Assembly: GCA_964252035.1 (NCBI GenBank)
Contig: OZ176203.1
DNA from: Podarcis erhardii
Lineage: Eukaryota
DNA length: 64,000 nucleotides
Strand: one strand, 5' to 3'
The translations under genes and the position numbers were made by a program. Shown here piece after piece: positions 44,631-58,333 of the stretch. Each line of letters starts with the position of its first letter. Within the stretch, counting starts at the first letter, position 1. A model generated the notes under the pieces. It was given only the letters and a program-made list of their open reading frames with translations, was not told the origin of the DNA and searched no databases.

Positions 44631-46349
44631 TTGCACCTTCCCTCTGTTCAAAATGGATGGGAGGCTGGGTGTCCTGTCTTCACAGTCAGTGAAATGTGGG
44701 ACAGCTATTGCTCATAGTTATTTCTGGTCTCTGTTTAGTTCTTAATTTTTAAAGCCCCAAATGGCAGGGTAGATGAAGGGGTGCCTTTGCTACAAACCTT
44801 CCCAAGTCTAAGATCCACATCAGATGGTGTTTTCTGAATCATGTTGCCAAGTGAAATCTGATGGGTGGCAACTAGGAGCAGAGCCATTCAGTGGTGCTGC
44901 CCTTCCCGTGGCTAAAAAAAAGTACAAAGTTAGCAAAATAAAAAATAAAAAAACTTCCATCTTATATGAAAAATAATTACCATTTTAGCTTTAAATGCAA
45001 TAGGAGATAACAATATCACAAAGTAATTTAATGATTGTAAATGACATGCTCTCCGAGCTAACTGCAACCCTAATTAAAAATTGTACAATATACTATGTAT
45101 ATCAGAACTTTATGAAGAGATAAAATGATCTATAAAAGCAATTATGGAAATTTAAAACAACTAATATAGAGAGATAACCCTGAGTGCCACCAAGAAATCA
45201 AAACTCTTACAGATGCTATGGAGGTCATGAATCAAAATGGGTTCATTAAATACCAAATAAAGATAATAGGAGATAGTGACATCAGATTTTAGTTAATATA
45301 TTCATTGTAAATTCCCAGAACTATGGCTAGCGGGAGTGACTGCTGCATTCTTTGAACTAGGGCTGCATATTCTCCTTGTGTACTGATAGTCAGTTGCAGT
45401 AGATTGCCACTGTGCTCTTTCTTCTTTTATGACCACTGGAGTGGCTCCCTTAAAATCTGGATCACAATCAGGACACAATAGCTAGTGTCAGGCAAGCTAA
45501 GACTGGCCATTGGACCAATACTGAATGGCAGAATAGATATTTATGCCTACTTCTGGTCAAGTGGTGATTTGTGGCAGGCTGGTCAAACATGTTCCACAAA
45601 GGAGAAAAGATCAGGCCAGTTTGTGGTCCTGGCAGGAAGCACCACTCAGTGGCTTATATAGCTATGCAAGGGGGAGCATCTCTACATTCCTCATGAGCCA
45701 TGTCAAATCTATCTAAACTACAGTAATTAGCTGAATCGCAACCCTATTTCACTCACACAGCGCCGATTAGTCCCTTCCGCTGGACCAGAATACAAAATGT
45801 ATTGCTGTGTATTCCAGAGAGCAAATGAGGTTTTGCTTGAGGCAGTTTTTGAAATTTTCCCCATTCAAATTTCTCTCTTGAAATTGGATTGTTTGACATC
45901 TGTATTTTTATTCATTTTATGTGTGTTGCAATATCTTACCCTCTGCAAGTACCATGCATACTATGTATTAAATATTATGTGTGAAATTTATGCATTAAAT
46001 ATGTAACATCTGGAAGTTATATACATTTATATAAATAAATAACAATTTTTGTATTGAGTCTGGCTTCTGAATTATCTATTGTTTATGAAAAGAAAATTGT
46101 GCCACAGGGATTCTCCAGTGTTCTGTATTCTATTCTTTAAAAAATCATCCAAACCACTGTGCATGGGAAGTTTGCCACAGGCTTCATTTTCTTTAATAGA
46201 GAAACTACAAAAAGCTTTGTGGACCCTTAATATATTTTGACATAAGCTTCTCTTCTTACTTCATCAGATGCAGCTTATACAATAATATATATAATAGTCT
46301 TTTACTAATTAACCTTCCCACCCTCCTGAAAAGACTCTGTTTACTTATA

Positions 46350-46591
46350 CAGTGGTACCTCGGGTTACATACGTTTCAGGTTAAATACGCTTCAGGTTAC
46401 AGACTCCACTAACCCAGAAATATTACCTCAGGTTAAGAACTTTGCTTCAGGATGAGAACAGAAATTGTGCTCCGGCAGAGCGGCAGCAGCAGCAGGCCCC
46501 ATTAGCTAAAATGGTGCTTCAGGTTAAGAACAGTTTCAGGTTAAGAACGGACCTCCGGAACGAATTAAGTACTTAACCTGAGGTACTACTG
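46350..46591 (+). mobile_element. Same MITE family, copy 3
   Basis: TIRs and TA flanks; collinear with copy 1. Confidence 0.92.
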
Positions 46592-46748
46592 TACATACTA
46601 GCATAACAACTCACCTATATGAGCAGTAAGAAGGATACAGATAACTCTCACACATGTTAGCCATGTGACCTGGCTCCTCATACAGAGCACCTCCACACAA
46701 GAGTGGATCCTGATTGGCCAGGATTTCCCCTTAAGACTTTCGGCAAAA

Positions 46749-47001
46749 CTGGGTGATAGGCAAACTAAGGCCCAGGGTCCAGATCCGGCCCAATCGCCTT
46801 CTAAATCCGGCCCATGGACGACCCAGGAATCAGCGTGTTTTTACATGAGTAGAACGTGTGCTTTATTTAAAATGCATCTCTGGGTTATTTGTGGGGCATA
46901 GGAATTTGTTCATATTTTTTTTCCAAAATATAGTCCGGCCCCCCCACAAGGTCTGAGGGACAGTGGACCGGCCCCCTGCTGAAAAAGTTTGCTGACCCCT
47001 G
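46749..47001. mobile_element. hAT (Charlie-like) MITE
   Basis: Ends ...GATAGGCAAACT and AGTTTGCTGACCCCTG; internal CCGGCCC repeats; TSD not evident. Confidence 0.65.
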
Positions 47002-47354
47002 GTGTAGAAAGTGTGCCTGAGGAAGGATGAGCTCTCTAAAACAGAAGGGCTGTTGCTGAACTTTTGCCTGCTCCCTTACAGAAGAAATCATTGTAATGTC
47101 TTGCACCTGCTGGAAAGAGGTGGGCTAAAGAACAAGCTGTGTGACTGACAGCCTCCTTACCTCACTCGTTCTCATCAGCTGGACTACAGGGTGATCATTG
47201 CTACTGCTTCTGGAACTGACTGCAGGGTCAGGTAGGCATGGGCCTAACTCCCACTCCTCCCTCTCCAATTTGAAATTTTGTTGGCTCTTGCCATTGTTTA
47301 CTTCTCCCTCTCCACCTCCTCCTTTCTTTTTGTGGAGAGAATTGTGTGAGTTTC

Positions 47355-48075
47355 TATGACCAGAGGTATGTGCACATGGGGATGGATTGCTGCCCCTTTC
47401 TAAGGTGAGAGCCTGATATTGAGATAGCTTTTGGTCTCTCAGGTGAGGGAACTGTGTGGTATGTATAGGAGGCACTCAAGTTTATAGCATTTGCTTCTGC
47501 TAGGGAGAAGAGAGGAGTAGGTGTCATTGCCCACTGTCTGTTAGAATGTTGTAGAAAGTGGTTTCCATACTATTCAGGGTAAGACGGTATATTTTTGCTT
47601 ACTGATATGTGAATACTTGTCCAGGTTTGTCGGGGTCTTATGGCACAGACGTGATTAAGGATGTACTATTGAATTATGGGACTGGTTGAAGAGGGTGGAG
47701 AGGGTGGTTTGAGGGTTTGCTAGAATGGCAAGTTTGAATATATTGGTTTGGAGTGATTTATGTGAGTGTGCTTGAATGGAATTGAATAGAATGTATTTTT
47801 AGCTGTAGTTAGGTTAAGTTGTGTTTATTGTTGTATAGGGGACTCGGAGTTTAATTGGATTGGCTTGTTTAATTGTATGATTGATTTGCTTTGCAGAGGT
47901 TGGGAAGAGTGGGCTGCTTTTTCTTTTACGCTGCTATTTTAAAATGTGGAATTTATCCTATTTTGTTGATTTTCATTTGTAATGTTCTGTTTCCTGGTGT
48001 TTAGAGAATATTTTGTTTCGCTTTTTACAATGTGGCATTTTCCTGTGTTTTTGTAGCTGATTGTGTGTAAAGTTT
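47355..48075 (+). mobile_element. Possible old L1/Tx1 ORF2 3' end and UTR
   Basis: HMGMDC resembles HMWWxC and FASARE..VIAH resembles AARxxIA; followed by a GT-rich UTR. Highly degenerate. Confidence 0.3.
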
Positions 48076-48896
48076 ATTCTAATTCTTAAGAGGATGCCTG
48101 CCTTCAACAGCACAGGACATCATTCTGCCTAAACAGTCAAAGTAACCAGGAAGGGTTGTGGCAAATAAGTGAATTTCTGCCTTTGGGAGCCATTTTTAAA
48201 TGCACCTTTTCATTATTTTTAATGACATCACTTTCTCTTTAGAAGATCAATTATTCATCTCGTATGCAGTACACGACATAGCAAGGCACCACACACCTGC
48301 ATCCTTTTCAGAGAAACTGAATCAGTTCTGAGGTTGGCACTGATTTTGTTAAAGCCTGTAAACATTTGGTCTATTTAGTTCTCAAGAGCTGTGCTTTGTT
48401 CTAATTATTTTGACTTTCGGTGCTACAATGGCTACAATTTGCCTTCTTTGGGGCTCCCAAGGCTGAGTTGCAGACATCATCAAGCACTGCCTCCAACAAT
48501 AAAATTAAGACTAAAGCAGCAAGAATGGTTTTATGAAGGTGGAGGAATGAGAGGAGGAGGGAAATGGGTCTAGTGATTATTTTGGTATCAAAAGACCAAC
48601 TATCAAAATGTTTTGCATAATCTCTATTGTTTAATTTCTGCAGTTCCCTAAAATTTGACATGTACAAAGCTGTTCTGATTCTCTTTTATTTACCCTTTCT
48701 GTTCTTTGTCATAGAAGCTGTTTCCAATATTCTGTAATTTCATGCTGCTAATGTTTTTATGTAAGCTCTGCTATTTAGGGAATATTGAAATGGTGCCGTT
48801 CCAGTTTTTATAATTAGGGCCCATCAGCAGTCTTTTTCCTCTCAGCTGCCATTCCTGACAGTTAAATGTGAAGGCTACAAGTGTTGGTTAACATAC

Positions 48897-49152
48897 CTAT
48901 GTCTTAGATAAAGTTTTGTATCATTTGAATGACTTTGGTAAATCTGATGGCTCATTATTTGGAGTAAGTATATGCATCAGAAGTTCTCCATTCTCTCCAA
49001 ATGGGTATAGTGGTGAAGGAAGGAAAATATCACTGTATTCATCCAAGAAAGATTCCCAGGTTGGATCACAGCTCTTCTCCAGCATGGTAGTATTAAGGTG
49101 TGTCAACCAGATGCCATAGGTAGACAAGGGTCCTGTACTTTCAAAAATTGTG
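48897..49152 (-). CDS. Candidate exon with stop codon (unidentified)
   Basis: TTTCCTCTTCAG| ... TAG|GTATGT; only one frame stays open (to TGA at 48921), and it is phase-compatible with 56562-56663. Confidence 0.3.
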
Positions 49153-49447
49153 CTGAAGAGGAAATTTTGGCAGGTGCAGTTGACCATGGAAAAAGAAGCT
49201 GGTAAAACAGTCTTATAAGAAGTGATGGCAAACAACACCAACATTTCACACAGCCCAGAACAATTTGTCTTCTGGTTATTCAAGCAGTTATATATTTTCT
49301 TTTTTAAACAACAACTGGCAGCCGTTACAAGATTTTGTGGAATTCAATTTCATAGCTGATTTACACATTATATGATGATTATTTTATTGTGACCCTAAGC
49401 TTCCTATGTATTTTAATGGATTTCGCCTTCTATTTTAGAGTCTAGTG

Positions 49448-49627
49448 CAGAGCTTTTCAAACTTTTCATGTTGGTAACACACTTTTTCGTGACACAGTAA
49501 TTCAGTTTTACTAGCAAGCCGGAGGTTAAACTAACCCCTTATAAGAGATATGAGCACATATTTCATGACACACCTACATACTGCAGCCAACACACTAATG
49601 TGTCATGACACACAGTTTAAAGCTCTG
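49448..49627. mobile_element. hAT MITE (180 bp)
   Basis: TIRs CAGAGCTTT..AAACT / AGTTTAAAGCTCTG; perfect 8-bp TSD GTCTAGTG at 49440-49447 and 49628-49635. Confidence 0.92.
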
Positions 49628-50055
49628 GTCTAGTGCTTTTACCTATTTCACTTAGCCTTACCCCCACCGATTACCAGTTACAATTTTTCAAGTTTCTTCC
49701 ACACCCATCTTCTGTTGTACTTTAAAAAAAATAAAAATGAACCCAGCTCTTTAAGGCTTTCTTCATGAGATCAGGATTCCGGATTACATTATTACATCAT
49801 GACATTTTATATTTTATTTTCAAGTCTTGTAATTATACTTGTGTATCTTTTAAATCAAACAGGTGTTATAGTTGGAAATTTAAAATAAATAAACCCACAG
49901 AGCTGAATCCAGACTTAGTCAAAACCAGAGTAAACCCACTGACTTGGAGTAAACCCATGAATCTTAAATTACCCATGTCTAGAGACAGTGGAGCATTTCA
50001 CAATAATAAAAACTTTAATGTAAGTTATGTGGTGTTTGCTTGTTCAGTCTTGCTA

Positions 50056-50057
<2 letters not shown>

Positions 50058-50105
<48 letters not shown>
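50058..50105. repeat. (CTG)16 microsatellite
   Basis: Uninterrupted run. Confidence 0.95.
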
Positions 50106-50107
<2 letters not shown>

Positions 50108-50819
50108 AACAACAGTTGGGTCCAACAATACAACTATGGATCGATGACTGAGTAAACTTTAAAACTGGCAAAATAGTAAAACTAAGTACTTTGTTCAGCT
50201 GCATGTACAAGCCTCATTAAGTTCTTTAAAAATATAGAAAGATGACACATGTCAAAATTAATGTCACCACAAAACAGACAAATCGCAGTACCCCTCGGGG
50301 CATAGGCATGGTTATTTGATGATGGGCAATGAATAACAGTGGTGGTACTGTAAAAAGTCATGTTTTACACTATGTATTACATAAGTGATGTTTGCAATAC
50401 CATCAGGAGTAAAACAATAGCAATATTCTTGCAATCTGCCAGATGAGACTATGTTAATATAAATTAACGAAATGCGAACCACAGTAGACTGAGTTTGAGT
50501 TCTGACTGAAAGACAACTAGTATAAAACAACAAAATTCAACCCTACTCATGACTGAGACCACTGATTTCTATGGGCCTACTCTGACTGTGGCTATGTCTG
50601 GATCCAACTCATAACACACATGCCAATGGAAAAGATTGTGATATTGATAAGTAAACTCCAAGGTTTAATTTCTATAATTATACTTGCAAACTAGCCAAGT
50701 GCTTTAAGATGCACTGGCCTGGTGTATTTTTTCTTCATGCTCAAAACATTTTCCCTCTCTTGAATCAAGTACATTGTTCACTTTTAGTGTAATTATTTGT
50801 GGGTTTGCTATCACATCAT

Positions 50820-51172
50820 CCAGTATACTTGAAGGAGCGTCCCCACCCCCATCGTTCTGCTCGGACACTGAGGTCCAGTGCTGAGGGCCTTCTGGTAGTT
50901 CCCTTGCTGCAAGAAGCCAGGTTACAGGGAACCAGGCAGAGGGCCTTCTCGGTAGTGGCGGCCGCCCTGTGGAACACCCTCCCACCAGATGTCAAAGAGA
51001 AAAACAACTACCAGACTTTTAGAAGACATCTGAAGGCACCCCTGTTTAGGGAAGCTTTTAATGTTTAATAGACTATTGTATTTTAATATTCTGTTGGAAG
51101 CCGCCCAGAGTGGCTGGGGAAAGCCAGCCAGATGGGTGGGATATAAATATATTATTATTATTATAATTATTA
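50820..51172 (+). mobile_element. L2 LINE 3' end with (TTA)n tail
   Basis: YLKER...RTLRSS..GLLVVP...RAFSVVAAALWNTLP...FRRHLKA..F; terminal GGAAGCCGCCCAGAGTGGCTGGGG. Confidence 0.88.
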
Positions 51173-53507
51173 TATACAGTAGATCATACTAAGCTTAACA
51201 ACACTTTTTTAAAGTTCCCTTACACAGGGTTTTGAAAGGGGAAACCCCTATGGTGGGGCTTGCTATCAAATGATTGGACAAAAGAAACATTTGAGCTATA
51301 AAGGAAGGTCAGGGTTAAATTACTAAGTATAATATTTGCTCTGAACCTGGTAGTCATAAAAGAGAAAGAGAGGAAGAGATAATTTTTATAGTGCCTCTTG
51401 GCAATCAACTTCTATATTAGATAAAGAACATATAACATGAATGATTCAGCTTCTATACAATTACCCACTAAGACAAAAGAAAGAAACAGGAAAATGATAC
51501 AACTAAAGTAGAAAATGTTTCATCTTTGTGTACTTTCCATTGCCTTTCCATTGTTTTGTCGGTGGCAATAAGTTTCTTTTTAATTACTGTTGATACAAGT
51601 AGCAGGAAATGCTGCCATACAATACTAACTTGGGAAAAAGAAAACCCAACTGAGTATTGACATCAAGGCTAAAGATGAAGGCAAACAGGAACTGTGTACA
51701 TAAAAGAAATTGGCCCATCTTATCTCAAAGTCTATGGGAAAAGAGGAAATATTTACACACACATATTTTAGTTTGAGTAAAACTGGAGACAAAGAACAAA
51801 TTCAGGATCTGGGCCTTGTTTTGTCCAATCTAGTATGTGGTTTAGGGCAATGGAAAGAAAATGGGGAGAAGCAGAGAGAAAGAGTTAAGCCTCTGACCTT
51901 GAAACTACTGTTGGAGAAGTTTCAATAGTGGTATCCAGGACAGAACACAATCTAGTGGGGTTTCTTGGAAAAAATGTCAGTTATTGCTGGTGGATGTAGA
52001 TGAAGTACTTAGAATGGTTCAGCCAACACCGTGTGTACTTAATCCTTGCCCGTCTTTGTTAAATTCAGTTTGCTAGAAGGGATTGACTGAATGAGTCCAG
52101 GAGGTGAAAGAGGGGGAATGTTTGAGACACCTTGGAGGAGGTGGCTTTGTGGCCGCTCCTTAAGAAACTCCTCAGAACCCAGAAGATTGCAACAGTAAGT
52201 GCCCTGTTATAAATATTCCCTTTGGGAGCAAGGTGCTTCCATGCAATTCCAGGTGCTCTAGAATGCAACAGATTATCCAAACCAGGGGTTGGGTCCCTGT
52301 GTTCCTCCAGATGTTGCTGTATTACAGTTCCCAAAAGCTGGCACAGATTCCACACCCCTCTTTAGACCCATTTCACTCCAACACTGAAGCAGCCTTGGTT
52401 GCCCCAATCGCTGCCAGCAGATATATAGGAAAGTGCAAGCCTGTTTTGAAATACGCTTCCTAAAGAAGTTAGCCTGATGCTTACATTGCAGTGTTTTTGG
52501 TGTCAAAATTTTATTTTACAGATTTCCAGAGTGACAGCTATGCTAGGAACTTTTAAAAATGTGGGCTATATGACTCCCTACAATCGTTTAATGAACACGT
52601 GGATGGGGTTACAATGCTACATGGGCTAGATTCACCTGCTTATCACTGCACAGCTATGTTTCCTAACAAATGCCTATTTAGGATAACATTTGTATGCACT
52701 GAAGACTCTTTCTGATGAACATCAAATGGATATTTGTGTGGTAGCCTTGGATGGCAGTGGCAGTGGGCGGGGCCAGCCTTCACAGCCCCACAGCTCCTGC
52801 ACATGTTCATTAAATAAATTGAGGAGTCCTGTGTACCCCCTTAAAGTTACTTAACATCCATCCTGCATGGCAGTGAAGGTAGCAAAGGCTTGCTTTGCTG
52901 TCATCATTGCATGCTCAAGTAGCCACCCATCAGAGCTTTCCTGAATAGTGAAGGATTTATTGTCATCTACTCCAGTTTCACATTGGAAAGCTGTTGGGAG
53001 ATATTTGCAAGGCACTTTGGATAAAAGTCTCCCGCATGACTTAGATGCTGTCAGTGTAACAGTTCCAGATGATGGGTCCACTAGATGACCTTGTTGGTTT
53101 TGTGGGATCAGTTTCATCTTTTGAGGCCTGAGGAGACATTGCTAGTTTGTTTAACAGCACTGTGTCACTCTGTATTTTTCAACATTTGTTTTGTAACTAG
53201 TTGAAGACTGTTTGAAGTGAAACTTTGACACTCTTTCTTTGTGGTGGAGAGATCATTCATTTCTGCTCTGCACAAGCTCCAGATCAAGGATTCCGTTTGC
53301 ATTAACTGTAACAGACCTTTACCTAGAAAGGGATGGGGAAGGTGTGACCCTATTGCTCTTACTTGATCTCCCAGCAGTCGTCGTATCTTACTGGACCAGC
53401 TTAGTGGGTTGGGAATAGGAAACACTGTTGTACCCCTTGGCAGTTGTTCTGCAGGGCAGAATTTAATAGCATCTTGTCCCCAGTGTTGTTTATGAAACTG
53501 TTACTAG

Positions 53508-53933
53508 ATGCCTTATGAGGAACGGCTAAGGGAGCTGGGCATGTTTAGCCTGGAGAAGAGGAGGTTAAGGGGTGATATGATAGCCATGTTCAAATATATA
53601 AAAGGATGTCACATAGAGGAGGGAGAAAGGTTGTTTTCTGCTGCTCCAGAGAAGCGGACACGGAGCAATGGTTCCAAACTACAAGAAAAAAGATTCCACC
53701 TAAACATTAGGAAGAACTTCCTGACAGTAAGAGCTGTTCGACAGTGGAATTTGCTGCCTGCCAAGGAGTGTGGTGGAGTCTCCTTCTTTGGAGGTCTTTA
53801 AGCAGAGGCTTGACAACCATATGTCAGGAGTGCTCTGATGGTGTTTCCTGCTTGGCAGGGGGTTGGACTCGATGGCCCTTGTGGTCTCTTCCAACTCTAT
53901 GATTCTATGATTCTATGATTCTATGATTCTATG
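53508..53933 (+). mobile_element. CR1 LINE 3' end with (TTCTATGA)n tail
   Basis: PYEERLRELGMFSLEKRRLRGDMIA...NIRKNFLTVRAVRQWN; octamer tail at ~53896-53933. Confidence 0.95.
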
Positions 53934-54745
53934 TGGACCCATGGTATTATAAGTATACTGATGATATCCAGCCATATTTTCTCTTTTACATCTGAATCAG
54001 CTTTTCTTTCAGGGCTTTGACTGTTGGTTTTATACCTGTTTTTTGGAGAGTTGCTTTGTTTATTGTCTTTTATTGATTTGTATTATTGTGTTACTGTATT
54101 ATTGTATCATTGCAATTTTCCAAATAGAAGGAGCTTTAAAATATTTTAAATAAAAAGTACTAAACAGTGCTACACCGTGTATAATCTTGGAGAAAGGATC
54201 ACCACTAAATTCTTTGGGCACTACAGATGCCTGCAGCTTGGTCCCTCTTCTCCTAACAATATATTTGCAACCACTATAGCTCATTCGCACCTGCCTCTTT
54301 CCACCCTGTCTGAGGCTGTTCTCACTTCATATCTCCACAGCTGCTATTCCTTTCACTTGACATTACCCACCTTTAAGGTCACGAGAGTGCTCTCTGATCT
54401 TGAGAAATAAAATAAGGCATGCGACACCTTGGTTCCAGAGCAATTTTGGCAGAACAGGGGTGGCAACCTTGTAACTGGTGCAAGTTACAAGAAGTTCATC
54501 AATGGAAATTTTCATCCTATAAAGTCCCACTGTCAGAATTTTGACCTTGTTTGGGCCAGCGTCTGCATACTGTGTATCTTTCTTTTTCTCTTTCAAGATA
54601 CATCAAATTCTAGTACATGTATATTAAAATTATACTCAAGTGTACAATTTTTCAGGCCTGCTTGTGTCAAACTTTAATGGCCTTCTGAAAGAATCACTGC
54701 ATTTGTGCTCACATAAACCTCTAGCAACAAAATATCTGGTTTTTA

Positions 54746-54749
<4 letters not shown>

Positions 54750-54790
<41 letters not shown>
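54750..54790. repeat. (GT)n microsatellite
   Basis: Uninterrupted run. Confidence 0.95.
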
Positions 54791-54793
<3 letters not shown>

Positions 54794-55569
54794 ATGCATA
54801 GGCATAATATTAGCCCATCCTAACTCAAAGTCTTTAAGCAAGGATAAACTATCAACTCATGCATACAAACAAACCAAACTGAAAATTGGCAAGTTAGGTA
54901 AAAAAGAAAATAGTGTTGTTTATTTTAAAATGTATTGCTTGTCCTTCCATAAAACTACAATAAGATCAATAATATGGAATAAAAATAGTACAAGCACACA
55001 ATAAAAGTAAATGAATATTGTGGGGGATTTTGGAAGGACCCATACACTACTATATTCCAAAGTTATCCAGGAATTCTTAAAAAAACATAGAATTATTATA
55101 GCTACAATATTCTCTTTTTTATAAATATAATCAGTGCGTATTGAACAGAATCAATTTGTTACCAAGCCCTCACCCATAATTACCCAGATTTTACTAGTCA
55201 TATGAATCCAGTTTGAACGAAGTAACAGATACCAAACCCAAGCAGGCTGCTTCTGGTGAGTTCAGACTTCCTCCAAAGTAAAGCAGGTCTTCTTTCCCAA
55301 AAGCAGTCCAAAGTGAAGTGGACTGGGTCAGAAGCTTCAGACACTCTTTAGAGTTTCATAGATTACATTGACAGTTACTCAGATATCCTATCAGAGCAGT
55401 CCCTGGTTGTGCTCACAGCATAAGCAAGGGCTGTTTGGAAGGCAGGCACTGGAACTGCGACAGCTGTTCTGATATAACCACCTTGAGAACCTTTACTTTT
55501 CCACTGAGCAAGTCATATTGGATCAGTGCTGTCTCTATTGAACTACATAAGAGTAAAATAAAGGCTGCA

Positions 55570-55824
55570 CAAGCAACGCTGACACCAAACTACATACATT
55601 AAGCATAATAGAAACACCGCCACCCGACCCCACCCCCATCCATCCTCCCTCTCCCCACCCCCCCCTTTCTTTTTTCTTTCTGTTTTCTTCTCCCCCTAAT
55701 GCCTCAACAAATGAAACGGATTTGTAAAAATGTTACATGGAAGAAGAAGGAAAGAAAAAAAAATACGAGGCACTACACTTCTGTAAAACAAGAAAATCCT
55801 TAATAAAAAAATAATAATAAAAAA
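55570..55824 (+). mobile_element. Short 5'-truncated L1-type insertion (3'UTR plus A-tail)
   Basis: TSD AAAGGCTGCA at 55560-55569 and 55825-55834; AATAAA and A-rich tail. Confidence 0.7.
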
Positions 55825-56561
55825 AAAGGCTGCATGCTTCAGAATGGCTGGTGGGTGAAAGGACCCTCCCTGTCAAGGACCTTATTACTGCAGGAGGCCC
55901 TTGTGTGTGGGGGGGGCTGTTTTCAGGGGTACAACCAATCTTCTTCCCCTCTTCTTCTTCTAAGTCAGTATAAACAGTCCTTTGGGGCAGGGGGAGGTTG
56001 TAATCCCACTTCACTTTGAGCGTTATAGATGCTCAAGAGCATTCCATAATTTGGTAAGCAATGAAGGAAAACCAGTATGAACAGAACTAGCCATTTTGCT
56101 CATTAATTTATTTTGCAATTCAATTTGTCTTCATAAAAGGCAGCTTTTCAAAGTACCATATACTGGAGATTTAAAGATTTAAATATTTAAAGGGATTTAA
56201 AAAGGAAATGTTAAGTTAAATAACAATTTGGCCTCGCCATAATTAATAATGACCTTTCACCAATTTTCCATTTTCCTCTGTATTTTAAAGCCCATCATTT
56301 AATACAGATGATAATGGAGCAGTATTGGAGCAGCAGATGAGTGCAGACTAATAGGAACGGTAAACAGAAAGAGCAGGAGGCAATAAGCAGATAAGAAAGC
56401 TAACACCTTCTAGGTGATGAACGCATCTCTACACCCTGCAGCGTAAATTAGAAGCAGAGCACAAGTTGCCTGGAAAATGAAGGTACCAGTGATTTAAATG
56501 AGGCTCAGTTGAGATGAAACATTTAAAACGAATTCTAAGTCAATTCTAAAACAAATCATAC

Positions 56562-56663
56562 CTGCTGGCTGCATTGAACCTCATTGGGCTCCTGATTATG
56601 TCATCGGGTGCTTGATGGGGCCTGGCTGCATCTCGCAGACCAGCTTCCTTTTCCTGCAGTATC
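56562..56663 (-). CDS. Candidate coding exon (102 nt, unidentified)
   Basis: TTCTCTGTTCCTCTCTTTACCTAAAG| ... CAG|GTATGA; single open frame ILQEKEAGLRDAARPHQAPDDIIRSPMRFNAAS. Confidence 0.4.
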
Positions 56664-57425
56664 CTTTAGGTAAAGAGAGGAACAGAGAAGTTTTCAAGTA
56701 ATTACAGGCCTCAGGACTGTGGCTTGGATGCTGTCATGAGCATGTAGTGTTTTGTCCATGGGCACCAGGATATGTGTCTCTAATCTCAAAGTGGCTTACT
56801 GAGATCAGGGATCTTATTCTTCCACACCTTAATCTTGAATACTTGAAGCATCATTTCCCTCAGCTGGGTAAGTCTGAGAAGCCGGGCAAAAGAGCAGCAA
56901 GGAGGGCTTGCAAAATGGGGGTGAGCATGAGCCAAAACAATCCAGTACCTAGTAGGCCTGCTTGGGCTTCAGATAAGTTGAAGGCTTGGGTGGCAGGAGT
57001 TGAAATTCGAGGTTGAGATCTTTTTCTTTTGGGGCCCTGTCATAAGGGAGTATAATATAGCACTTAAGGATGTCCAGGTGACATCACAATTCATCTTTAA
57101 GAAAAACTCTGTGCAGTTGCCACAGGCAATTCCTGGAATGGTCGTCATCTCAGAATTCATCTTAACGTTCTCCACCATTTTTAGCTTGCTTGCTAATGGA
57201 TTTGGCCACTGATCCCAAGAAAAAGATCTAAATAAATAATACAGAAATAATTTTGTTATAGTTTCTTTAATTAAAGTTACTAAGAACGAGGATTCACTTC
57301 TTTAGAAAAAGTAGATTAAATTAACAAGCAAGAGCAAAACATTTTGATTACTTAACAAAGAGACAAATTTTTAAAACCACAAGACCAACAGCAAAATCAT
57401 TTCTCTCTTGAATATGCAAACATAC

Positions 57426-57479
57426 CTGTACCTTGGCTTTTCTGCCACCAGGGTAAATTGATGTTTGTTCATTAATATG
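57426..57479 (-). CDS. Candidate coding exon (54 nt, unidentified)
   Basis: CCCTCTCAG| ... CAG|GTATGT; frame ILMNKHQFTLVAEKPRY is phase-compatible with 56562-56663. Confidence 0.35.
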
Positions 57480-57830
57480 CTGAGAGGGTACATCAGACTA
57501 ATATCACAAAGCATAGGATAAGTTAGCATCTGTGTCAAAATACATATATATGTATATACTGTAGTAGATGCATCGCTTCTCTACCCTGGAGCTTCACTTT
57601 CTGTCAATTTTAGGAGCAGCTTTAAAGGTCATAATATTAGGTACATTCTCTATCTAATTAATTTTGTTAGCGGTGGCCTTGACAGCTAATTAAATGAGAA
57701 GATGTTTTGTTTTGTTTTTACAGAAAATTAGAAGCAATACCAATGATCTAGACCAGCAATGTGTAAGTTTGAGAGTAGCTGGCATTTTATATCTATCGTT
57801 CAGAGAAGGCACTACACTACAAAACTACTA

Positions 57831-58333
57831 CAGTTGTACCTTGGTTCTCAGACTTAATCTATTCTGGAAGTCCGTTCCAAAACCAAAGCGTTCCAAAACC
57901 AAGGCATGCTTTCCCATAGAAAGTAATGCAAAATGGATTACCTTTTAATCTGTTCCAGACTTTTAAAAACAACCCGTAAAACAGCCATTTAACATGAATT
58001 CAAGTGAGACCATTGATCCATAAAACGAAAGCAATAAACAATGTACTGCAGTCATGCAATCAATCAGTAGCTGGACTGGGTTCCACACAGTCACAAAAAC
58101 AAAACAAAAAAGCCGCAAAAACAAGAACGCAAAATAAATAGCAAAAACAGACAGACCTTAGCATAACACTCAAAAGGGAAGTGTGGCATTCAAAACAGAA
58201 GTGTAACACTCAAAACAGAGCACATTCGGCTTCCAAAAAAAGTTCACAAACAGGAACACTTACTTCCAGGTTTGTAGTGTTTGGGTTCCAAGTTGTTTGA
58301 GTACCAAGGTGTTTAAGAACCAAGGTACCACTG
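57831..58333. mobile_element. Tc1/mariner (Tigger-like) MITE, second family (503 bp)
   Basis: TA-CAGTTGTACCTTGG ... CCAAGGTACCACTG-TA. Confidence 0.88.
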
